From assembly GCA_963764625.1 (NCBI GenBank), contig CAVXTH010000006.1:608001-672000 (forward strand): a DNA stretch of 64,000 nucleotides, given 5' to 3'. Source of the DNA: Candidatus Krumholzibacteriota bacterium (lineage in GTDB: Bacteria; Krumholzibacteriota; Krumholzibacteriia; JAJRXK01). The notes below the pieces were generated by a model that saw nothing but the letters and a program-made list of their open reading frames with translations, made no database searches and was not told where the DNA came from. This document shows, in pieces, positions 46,165 to 54,610 of this stretch (positions within the stretch are counted from its first letter, which is position 1; each line of letters begins with the position of its first letter). A program made the translations under genes and the position numbers.

Positions 46165-48618
46165 ATGAACGCGGGCCGAACCCGGCGCCTTCTCTTCGGA
46201 GCCGCATGTACTCTGCTGTTCCGGGGTCTCGTAGGTGCCAGCTTTCTTTCCCTGGCACTCCGTGTCTGGGGGGTATGGCTCATTCTGTTGTTCGCACCGG
46301 GAGTGACCGCGCGAGCTGACACGTGGTGGAAAGCGGGTGATCTTCCAGCGCGACTCGGGTCGCTGGTGCTGGTCTCCAGCGCCTGGGATCTCTCGTGTCT
46401 CTTCTTGATTCATCTGGCTGGAGGCGGGTTGCGCACGGGACTCGTACTCCTCAGCCTCACGTTTCCTCTGCTCACCCTGAGTCCCTGGCCAAGGCGGGTG
46501 TCATCGCCCGCTGCCGCAAAACGAGTGCTCATCCTGCTCGGCGTGGGCGCGATCGTACTTTTCATCCATCTTGGTAGGCAAACGCCGCAACTTCGTATAG
46601 ATAGTGATGTTCCAGCTCATTTGGGTGCGATTCACGATGCCTTGACGCAGAATCGCCTCCTCCCGCTCGACGGATCCTTTCCGGGGGCACCGACGGCGCG
46701 CGACCCACGCATGGGCATCCTCCACGGGGTGCACGCCGCCCTGGCGGAAGTTCTGACCGCCGATCCAGCACGCGTATGGGGACTGAGTGGGGGGATTCTG
46801 AGCCTCATGTTCTTGGTGTGCTTCACCTGGCTCTTCACCGAGTGGGGGCTCACGAATGGGGTGGCGATCCTCGCTTCCCTCTTTCTGGCACTTGGAGCCG
46901 GGGGAGGTTCACCCCTGGGAGTGTGGGGGGCCGTGTATCCGGCGCAATTCGCATTGGCACTTGCCGCTGCTTCGGGAGCCTGGTTGCTGCGTGGACGACG
47001 TGACCACGGTGGAGCAGGTCAGTGGTGGATAGGAGCCGCGGGGCTGGGGCTCTCCGTGTTGATTCATCCATTCGCCTGGTGGGGGATGTGCATCGTGCTG
47101 GGCCACCTCGTGATCCTGTCGTGGATCATGCGGCGACCCAGAGAGGAGAGCCTGGCGGTCCTGCGTTTTCTCGTCTTGAGTGGGGCGCTGGGAATCGTCC
47201 TCGTGCTTCCGCTAATGCTGCACGAACCAAAGCAATCCGGTCAATGGGAGCTTGCGGGGATTCTTCGATTCGGAGACATCGGCTTCACCATGGATCCGCT
47301 CCTTGTGTTGCGATGGAGCGGCGTTCTCGCACCCCTGGCGATCGTACTCGTGGTGTGGCGGTGGCGCCGCTGGAAGAACTCATTGCCCGGACTCTTCATG
47401 ATTGCCAGCGCCCTTCCGATTTGGACGATCACGTTTGATCCCTTCTTGCAACCCTTCGTATTCAAACACTGCGGGTACCTTTCCGAACGGCTTGGGCTCC
47501 TTGCAGGAGGCCCAGCCATCGTGCTGCTCGCTCTTCAGCCGCTGGGGAGCTCGGCATGGGGACCCGTCCGCCGAGGCGTGTTCGGGCTGGTGCTCCTGGG
47601 ATTGGGAGTGGGGGGCTGGATCCATCTCAAGAGTTCGCCGTACAGGCAATCCGACTCGGGTGAGTCGACGCTTGCCAAACTCAGCGCGACACTCAGTCAG
47701 ATGGGGGGCGTCGTTGTGGCCGACCCACTGACCTCCTACGCGCTCAGGGGTACGATGGGGGGGACTTTCGCGCTCTTGCCGGTATCGCATGCGAGCCCGT
47801 TGGATGGAAACATTGAAACAAGGATGGTCTGGTACCGGACGATGTTGGCGGAGGATGCGCCGCCTTCGGAGTTTCAGCAAGCTCTCCGAGCCCTGAGCCC
47901 TTCGCTTCTCGTTCTGAGGAACCAGGTGGAGGAAGAGTACGACGACTCGAAGGTGTACGGCTTCGTTGCATCGGATTCGAGACAGGCAGCGCTGCGGAAG
48001 AGGCTCGAGAGGTCGGGTACCCTACCGCTGGCGGAAGATCATGGGTGGGCACTCTACGATGCGGAGAAATTGAAGCCGGTTGCACAAAGGACCCATCCGT
48101 CTCCTGATAGTCACGCGAACGCCCTGAGCCTGGTCGAAACTGGAAAGTTGGAGCTTTTGAACTTTGATGTCTTGGAGAGCCGGACGAGTCCAGGAGACAG
48201 TGTGACGCTACGAGCCCGCTATCGCGAGATACTTGACTCGACGCAAACCCGGCAGTGGAAGAAACTGACAGTAAGATTCCTTGGTCCCCATGAACCTGTG
48301 CCAGAGCCTCTTCGCGGCGTGAGTAAAGTGTATCGAAAGCTCATCCAAGAGAAATCACTCAATTCAAAGGCTCGGTTTACGGTTTCCCTCGTTCCCAACG
48401 ATGGGTACCCTCGATTTGAGGCAGTGTGGGTAGAGCAGACAAGAGTGGCCGTTCCCGGCTGGCTTCAAGCCGGGAACTACCGTGTGTCCGCAAAGCTGGA
48501 GAACGATGTGTGGAGGCCAGTCCGGAGCGTCGCTGATTACCTTGACGATCGCAGTCGCTGGACCGGAGTTGCAATGGATACGCTCAAGATTGACCCCAAA
48601 GGCAGGACGGCGAGATGA
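46165..48618 (+). CDS. Large polytopic membrane protein with periplasmic C-terminal domain (GT-C-like)
   Basis: About 13 TM helices, loop motif DSD...H after the early TMs, IHP, then a soluble domain (ADP.TSY, Ig-like tail). Confidence 0.55.
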   Translation: MNAGRTRRLLFGAACTLLFRGLVGASFLSLALRVWGVWLILLFAPGVTARADTWWKAGDLPARLGSLVLVSSAWDLSCLFLIHLAGGGLRTGLVLLSLTFPLLTLSPWPRRVSSPAAAKRVLILLGVGAIVLFIHLGRQTPQLRIDSDVPAHLGAIHDALTQNRLLPLDGSFPGAPTARDPRMGILHGVHAALAEVLTADPARVWGLSGGILSLMFLVCFTWLFTEWGLTNGVAILASLFLALGAGGGSPLGVWGAVYPAQFALALAAASGAWLLRGRRDHGGAGQWWIGAAGLGLSVLIHPFAWWGMCIVLGHLVILSWIMRRPREESLAVLRFLVLSGALGIVLVLPLMLHEPKQSGQWELAGILRFGDIGFTMDPLLVLRWSGVLAPLAIVLVVWRWRRWKNSLPGLFMIASALPIWTITFDPFLQPFVFKHCGYLSERLGLLAGGPAIVLLALQPLGSSAWGPVRRGVFGLVLLGLGVGGWIHLKSSPYRQSDSGESTLAKLSATLSQMGGVVVADPLTSYALRGTMGGTFALLPVSHASPLDGNIETRMVWYRTMLAEDAPPSEFQQALRALSPSLLVLRNQVEEEYDDSKVYGFVASDSRQAALRKRLERSGTLPLAEDHGWALYDAEKLKPVAQRTHPSPDSHANALSLVETGKLELLNFDVLESRTSPGDSVTLRARYREILDSTQTRQWKKLTVRFLGPHEPVPEPLRGVSKVYRKLIQEKSLNSKARFTVSLVPNDGYPRFEAVWVEQTRVAVPGWLQAGNYRVSAKLENDVWRPVRSVADYLDDRSRWTGVAMDTLKIDPKGRTAR

Positions 48619-50078
48619 GGCTACCCGAGATTCGCCATGCGGCATCCAAGTTGGGTTTGGACATGGACCGTTCCTGGCAAATACTAGTCACACTCGTCTT
48701 GGGAGTGATTGGGGCATACTTGGTCACCAGCGTAGTGATCGATACTTCCAAGCGGAATGTCGAAATCTTGGCCGGCCTCATCTTCTTGGGCTTCGTCTTG
48801 GTGGCGCACCCTTATAAGGCTCTGCTTTTCACAGTAGTTGTTTTGTTCTTTCCGGCTTCGACCACGGTAGGTACGACGAGTACCCTTCTCATATTTGCAG
48901 TGGGTGGCTTGGTGATGATGAAGTCACGCCTATTGCACATTCCCACTCCATTCGTGAACAAGAATGCAGACATGGCCATCGTGGCCTTTCTCGTCACGAT
49001 GCTGCTCAGTCTGTACGCTCAGAATTTCTCAGATCCGAAAGCGGTTGCAAGGCCACTGACCGGTTTCGTTTCGGCAATCATCCTGTATTACATAGTGATT
49101 CAACTGGTTGTCACGAAGGAGAAGTTCTTCAGGATCGTTTCATTGTTTCAGACCATGGCAATCATCATGGGCCTCCTCGCGATCCTCCAGTATCTCTTTC
49201 CGCAAAAGCACTTTCTCCCCCAGTTCTTCGCATTCTCCAAAGAAATTGCCACGGCTGAAGAAATCCGTATGGGAGAAGTGAGAGCCTCTGCGACGTTCAG
49301 CGGTTTCGAGATTTTCGCAGAGTTTTGTGTGATTTCGATTTTCCTTCAGTACTTTCTTTTTCGGCGGACGCGAAGCATCAACAGTAAACTTTTCTGGCTC
49401 ACCGGCATCGCAATCATGCTCTTCGCGCTATTCGGAACTGGAACGCGAGCTGGTATCATCGTCCTGGGTTTTGGGGTCATGTATGCCATCATCACTTCAG
49501 GCTTGGCTCTGCCTCGGAAAGACTTACTGAGAGTCGTGTTCTTCGGAATGGTGGTGTTTTATCTCATTCTTCCCTTCGTGGGCAGCTACACCAGCATGAT
49601 GTTCTCACGGCTGTCTACACTTGGCACGAACGACAGTAGCGTTCACAGCCGCGAAATCGTTATGAAACAGGCCCTGGAGGCCATACCGGGCAGTCCGCTC
49701 ATTGGGCATGGTATCTACACACCGGAAGGCACTTTTCGAGGGGGAGCGAGCCAGAACATCCACTCTCTCTACGTATCTCTGGCCTACAAGATGGGCATTC
49801 CGAACCTGCTGGCGTTTCTGTGGCTAGCATCAATTCTCGTGCGGACTAGCTGGAAGCGTAGTCAAGACCGAACGGTGCCAAGAGAGTTGAGAGAATTCAT
49901 GTTCGTTCTTCACGTCATACTCGTGATGTTTCTGTTGGATGAGGTAAAGATCGAGTTCTTGCGTTCGGCACAGAGCTCTCACGTAGTATTCCTATACTTC
50001 GCCTTCATCATGAGTCTGAACCAGATCATTCAGCGCAGCCGCTACAGCGATCTACCGAGTTCCAACCGAGTTTACTAG
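48615..50078 (+). CDS. O-antigen ligase/Wzy polymerase family protein
   Basis: RA..TF, TGTRAG, S...R......AL......PLIGHG, HSLY...A...G. Confidence 0.85.
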   Translation: MRLPEIRHAASKLGLDMDRSWQILVTLVLGVIGAYLVTSVVIDTSKRNVEILAGLIFLGFVLVAHPYKALLFTVVVLFFPASTTVGTTSTLLIFAVGGLVMMKSRLLHIPTPFVNKNADMAIVAFLVTMLLSLYAQNFSDPKAVARPLTGFVSAIILYYIVIQLVVTKEKFFRIVSLFQTMAIIMGLLAILQYLFPQKHFLPQFFAFSKEIATAEEIRMGEVRASATFSGFEIFAEFCVISIFLQYFLFRRTRSINSKLFWLTGIAIMLFALFGTGTRAGIIVLGFGVMYAIITSGLALPRKDLLRVVFFGMVVFYLILPFVGSYTSMMFSRLSTLGTNDSSVHSREIVMKQALEAIPGSPLIGHGIYTPEGTFRGGASQNIHSLYVSLAYKMGIPNLLAFLWLASILVRTSWKRSQDRTVPRELREFMFVLHVILVMFLLDEVKIEFLRSAQSSHVVFLYFAFIMSLNQIIQRSRYSDLPSSNRVY

Positions 50079-50614
50079 TGCTTGGATTTCTCTCGAATTG
50101 GCCGCAAGTTCTTGAAGAATTCGAAGACAGGGGTGCTTCGCCCCAGGACCACTCCGCACTTGGCAACCGGGTGAGCGGGGTTGCCCGAGGCCATCGTCAT
50201 GGGTGGAATGGATCGAGAGACCACGCTGCCAGCGGTAATCACTGCTCCTCTTCCGATCCTGACGTTTGGTAGGATCAGCGCCCCGGCTCCGATGACGACA
50301 TCATCTTCGATACGAACGGAGAAGTCGGTGGGCCGATATTCCTTGCGGTCCGCTTTGATTTGCCCTCTATAGTGCGCCAGGATTGTCGATCGAACTCCAA
50401 TGTCGACGCCATTGCCGATCGAAACGAGATACGGACGCGAGGTCTCTATCAAAGCTCCCGAGCTGATGAAACAGTTGCTGCCGATTCTCACACCACGGCT
50501 CCGATGGATCCAGACGCGGATAGTCTCGGCGCCGGGAGCCACTTGCAGGAAAATTTGCATGAGGTGGTTGTGGATGCCCCAAAGAAGGCCCCGCCTTCCG
50601 AAGATCCCTGCCAT
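50075..50614 (-). CDS. Hexapeptide-repeat (LbH) acyltransferase
   Basis: RGV.IG..CFI, V.IG.GV.IG, ILAH, V.IEDDV.IGAGA.ILP.V.IG.GAVI.AGSVV...IP, GNPA. Confidence 0.9.
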   Translation of the reverse strand: MAGIFGRRGLLWGIHNHLMQIFLQVAPGAETIRVWIHRSRGVRIGSNCFISSGALIETSRPYLVSIGNGVDIGVRSTILAHYRGQIKADRKEYRPTDFSVRIEDDVVIGAGALILPNVRIGRGAVITAGSVVSRSIPPMTMASGNPAHPVAKCGVVLGRSTPVFEFFKNLRPIREKSKH

Positions 50615-50637
50615 CTTCTTCTCCTAGGTGTGTCGAA

Positions 50638-50913
50638 TCATTCCGACCTGTCACCGTGCTTGGCGACAAAATCGGCGAAGGGTCCTATCCGCGTGAGGTC
50701 CTCCGGATCGATCGAATCCAGGTCGAGGTTGATCTGGAACTTCTCTTCCACCGCGGTAACCAATTCCAGAACTCCGAGAGAGTCGATGATTCCTTCAAGC
50801 ATGAGGTCGAAGGAATCGGGAACCTGCTCCTCGGTCATACCGATCGCTTCGAAGGAATCGGAGTAGAGTTCCATGAGGAAGATCTTGACCTCGCGGGGAT
50901 CGATCGTAGTCAT
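50638..50913 (-). CDS. Acyl/aminoacyl carrier protein (DltC-like)
   Basis: 91-aa acidic protein, DL...GIIDSLG..ELV..VE..F with the phosphopantetheine Ser; true start ATG 50913 overlaps the upstream stop. Confidence 0.88.
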   Translation of the reverse strand: MTTIDPREVKIFLMELYSDSFEAIGMTEEQVPDSFDLMLEGIIDSLGVLELVTAVEEKFQINLDLDSIDPEDLTRIGPFADFVAKHGDRSE

Positions 50914-52550
50914 TGGGGCTTCTCCAAGAGGTTTAGGATCGCGGATCGATCGAGCTTCCCGTGTGTGCTTCTGGGCAAGCGTGGGATGAAATGCACGTTG
51001 CGGGGAATCATATACTCCGGAAGACGTCGAGCAATACCAGAAAGAACGTCGCGGGAATCGAGGGTCGTACCCTCGATAAACAACTCGATTCCGTCCGCTG
51101 TGCCGTCGTCCCTCTGCGGCCAAGCGAGGGCCACGATGGCATCGGTGCCACAGATCTCACGAGCCGCCGCTTCCACCTCTCCCAATTCGACTCGATGCCC
51201 GCGGATTTGAACTTGATAGTCGACGCGGCCAAAGTAAGTCATGGGGGTGGTGGGGTCTAGCGGTCTGCGGACCCTGTCTCCGGTTCGAAAGTGTATCCTA
51301 TCTTTTCCGGGTGGTGTGAAGAAAGACGCTCGAGTCCTTTCCGGGTCCTGCCAGTATCCACCCGCCAGCTGATCACCCGCGATGTACAAATCCCCGAGCG
51401 AGCCAGGGGACACTTCCTCCATGGAGGAATCGAGAACTGCATATTCCATTCCCGGATTGATGAAGCCCAGCGGAGTGATACCCTGTTCGCATTCACTGGG
51501 AGATCGATTTTGGTCCCAGCGGTAATGGAAGCACTCGACGGTGGCTTCGGTTGGGCCGTAGAGATTGTCGACACTCGAATTCGGCGCTGCGTACGTCCAC
51601 GCGGCCGCTAGCTCGCCGTGGAGAGCCTCCCCTCCGAACAAGCTCCAGCGCAAGGATGGAAAGACCCCAGGTTTCAGGACTCCGAAGCGCTTCATGAAGG
51701 AGGCGATCGAAGGAACCGAAAACCAGAAACTGAGCTCATGTTCGCGGATGAAACGGCTTGGCTGCATCAGCATCTTCTTGGTCGGAACGATGACGCTCGC
51801 ACCACGAGCCCACGGAAGAAACAGGTCGATCACGGATCCGTCGAAAGTAAGTTCATAACACTGCGAGCAACGATCACGGTCGTTCAGAGGATAGATCGTC
51901 TCCAGACAACTGAGGAGCGAGTGAGCGTTACGATGTTTGATTGCCACTCCTTTGGGGCTTCCAGTGCTGCCTGAAGTGAACAGCAGATAGGCATAGTCTT
52001 CGGAACGTGGGTGAGGGTCTTTCCATGACTCGGGAGAAGCCAGCCGGCTGGTTGCCGGATAGCGAGGATCGAGCTTGGAAGAGAGTTGAGCAGTTTCTGA
52101 TTCGAAACCTGCGACGATGATGTACGGCGGTTCGCTCATCTCCGCCAAGAGGTCGGGAAGGGCATTCAGTGCTCGAACGTCCACGATGAGGATCCTGGCC
52201 TTCGCGCGTTCGAGCAGAGCCCGGTTGCGGCCCGAAGGGAAATGGGGATTGAGGGGCAGGTAGCACTTTCCCGCGAGGAGCGTCCCGAGAATGCCTTGAT
52301 AGGCGCCAAGTTCTCGATAGCCGAGGATTCCGACCACGGTCGTGGCGCTCGTCTCAGACACAGCCTGAATTGTGCCCGCTAACGCCAAAGAACTCTCGAG
52401 CAGTTCCTCATAGGTCAGAGTCAGCCCACTCACCACGAGAGCTGGAGATTTCGCATAGCGTTGCGCCGCGCGCATGAAGTCCGTCGCCAGTCCCAAGGGC
52501 TTGCTCGAGTCATGATCGTCAAAGTGCGGTCCCGGACTACCGGTTGGCAT
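50910..52550 (-). CDS. Stand-alone amino acid adenylation enzyme (DltA-like)
   Basis: A3 YLLFTSGSTG.PKGV, A4 FDGSV.D, WFSVPS, A5 NLYGPTEATV, A7 FRTGD, A8 GR.D.QV.IRGHRVELGEVE, A10 GKLDR. Confidence 0.9.
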   Translation of the reverse strand: MPTGSPGPHFDDHDSSKPLGLATDFMRAAQRYAKSPALVVSGLTLTYEELLESSLALAGTIQAVSETSATTVVGILGYRELGAYQGILGTLLAGKCYLPLNPHFPSGRNRALLERAKARILIVDVRALNALPDLLAEMSEPPYIIVAGFESETAQLSSKLDPRYPATSRLASPESWKDPHPRSEDYAYLLFTSGSTGSPKGVAIKHRNAHSLLSCLETIYPLNDRDRCSQCYELTFDGSVIDLFLPWARGASVIVPTKKMLMQPSRFIREHELSFWFSVPSIASFMKRFGVLKPGVFPSLRWSLFGGEALHGELAAAWTYAAPNSSVDNLYGPTEATVECFHYRWDQNRSPSECEQGITPLGFINPGMEYAVLDSSMEEVSPGSLGDLYIAGDQLAGGYWQDPERTRASFFTPPGKDRIHFRTGDRVRRPLDPTTPMTYFGRVDYQVQIRGHRVELGEVEAAAREICGTDAIVALAWPQRDDGTADGIELFIEGTTLDSRDVLSGIARRLPEYMIPRNVHFIPRLPRSTHGKLDRSAILNLLEKPQ

Positions 52551-53817
52551 AGTCTTGCCCCTTTTTCATCCGTGCGGCCGTGAGGAAGTATTGAGGAACA
52601 AAAGCGAGAATTCGCATCGAATTCACGGGATGTTTCAGGTAATTCCACACGCCGAAGTAGAGAGGATGCATGACGGGCACGAATACCCCACCAACTCGAC
52701 TCGCCGCATCGAAGTGGGCGATGTATTCTGTGCTCAGATGGTCGGTGAAGTTACCCTCTTGGGGCACGGAAATGTCCGCGAAATGCTGCCCGATACTCAG
52801 AGTGCCGCGAGTCCGTTCGTCGAGGGGGATGTACAAGGGCAAGTAGTAGCGATTCCTGAAGAGGGTATCATATCGGAACCCGGCCGATTCGACGATATGG
52901 CGCGTTTCACTCGTGGTGTTACTTCTCAGCTCGCCTCCGTGCATGCAAACGCCTAGGACTTCTTGTCCAATCAGTTGCTCGAGACAGTTCTTTTCGTGCT
53001 TTGCTGCCTCCAGCTCGTCGCATCCCAGCCGTTCACTGGTCGATACGAATTCACCATGCAGGGCTAGTTCATGTCCAGTGTTGAGCGCCCTGAGCTGCTT
53101 GATTTCGGATTTGCCATAGAACATTCCGAGCGGCCTTAGGTACCAGGTACTACGAAGCGAAAAATTCTCCTCCAGAGCGCGAATGGCCGGGAGATTGACG
53201 ATCGCTTTGTCAACGTCGTACCGAACGGACAGTGCCATGCGATAGGGACGATCCCCACGCGCCGGCCAGTGCCACAGTCTGAGCTCTGGAAGGCCCTGGT
53301 CGTGGTGCGCCTGTGTGACGAACTCACGGAACGTTCTCAACAGATCTGGCTCGTAGCGCTGGTGCTGGAGCGCGTGCACATGGAGTGACTCGACACAGCG
53401 GACGAGATCTGGCGGAGGGGAGGCGGTGTCCGCGAGTCGCAAATGGGATGTTCCCAGATGCGCAAGTAGCTCACGAACGAAAGAGCCGAGTCGGTGCGCC
53501 GAAGGGAAAGGGAAGCTGAAATCGAGGCGGAAGTCAGAAGGGCACGAGATGGAGGTCGGAAGGACACGAAGGGTTCCACGATCGAGTTCGAGTACACTGT
53601 CTGAGAGAGAACAAGAGATGGAGAGCGATGAGTTTCCATCCGAGTTGAACTGCAGAGTCTTGGCATTGCGAGCGGTCCACCAAGCGGCGATTTCTCCTTG
53701 CGGGACGAGCCAGACATCCCCATGCGATGTTGCATGTTCCAAGAGCACGCGATACGCGATGCCGTCTTGCATGTGTCGATGACGATTCAAGGTCCGCCGA
53801 ATTGTTGCCAGATTCAT
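52537..53817 (-). CDS. Polysaccharide deacetylase-like (CE4/NodB fold) protein
   Basis: RYDVD, STWY, HELALHG, G..MH, GFRYDT, MHP motifs. Confidence 0.7.
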   Translation of the reverse strand: MNLATIRRTLNRHRHMQDGIAYRVLLEHATSHGDVWLVPQGEIAAWWTARNAKTLQFNSDGNSSLSISCSLSDSVLELDRGTLRVLPTSISCPSDFRLDFSFPFPSAHRLGSFVRELLAHLGTSHLRLADTASPPPDLVRCVESLHVHALQHQRYEPDLLRTFREFVTQAHHDQGLPELRLWHWPARGDRPYRMALSVRYDVDKAIVNLPAIRALEENFSLRSTWYLRPLGMFYGKSEIKQLRALNTGHELALHGEFVSTSERLGCDELEAAKHEKNCLEQLIGQEVLGVCMHGGELRSNTTSETRHIVESAGFRYDTLFRNRYYLPLYIPLDERTRGTLSIGQHFADISVPQEGNFTDHLSTEYIAHFDAASRVGGVFVPVMHPLYFGVWNYLKHPVNSMRILAFVPQYFLTAARMKKGQDYANR

Positions 53818-54226
53818 GGCGAGAGGCTCTTTCTGTCGTGTCGTCCCGTCACGCTGGAAACACGCTCGCCGGCCGTCTTTTCGACTGTCCGTGGCGTCTA
53901 GGATAGAATCTTTAGAATAGCAGTAAAGACGCGTTGTTTCAAGTAGTTAGGAGTCAGGCAAGCTCGCTGCCGACACGCCCTTCGGGGCCAGCGGGCAGAG
54001 CCTGGAAGTTCGAGGCGTCTGCCTCGAGATGCCGGGTACCAGCGGAGTGAAGACGCGAAGGACCTGGGGCGTTGGGACCGTGCTTGGCGCGATTTCTGAG
54101 TTACCACCATCGTTCATCAAGAGCGGCTGCGCGCTCGGGTTGGCGGGGAAAGTACGGGTGCATGACGAAGGCGAGTAAACCGTGGTCTGAGCTGGTTACG
54201 TCCTTTCGATAACCAAGAGTAAGCAC

Positions 54227-54256
54227 TTGACACGAGTCCAGAGTGATCACTAGTCT
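54227..54256 (+). promoter_or_regulatory. Putative sigma70 promoter upstream of the giant secreted protein gene
   Basis: TTGACA-N18-TAGTCT. Confidence 0.4.
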
Positions 54257-54610
54257 AGCCAACGTACCAGGGATTGGCGACACACCGGTTCTTGGAAGTG
54301 CTCCCAGCACAACGTATCGACAGTTCGATCCGCCTGTTGACGCGTCAGCGTTGGAAGTGTGCTATGGTCGCTCCCAAGGTGCAATATTACGCCTGCTCTT
54401 TCCCGCAGCCGCACTCGAGAGTCGTTTCCTCTAGTAGAGTTTCAACGCGTTCCAAGCCAATACCGGGCACGGTATCAAGCTCCAAATCTGGACTTGGTAC
54501 TGCGCCAAGGTATGTATGGTTCCATCAGCACGTGGTGCCATAGATGAGGTTGAACAGGACAAGAAAGAAGTGGTGTGAAGGTCATATTCAGTCTTGGAGG
54601 AGGCATCTCA

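Noticed and set aside
53818-54610. Short ORFs and a possible ncRNA in the ~800-nt divergent intergenic region
   Set aside because: No RBS-supported ORF with motifs and no recognisable tRNA, riboswitch or repeat structure. Treated as promoter region.
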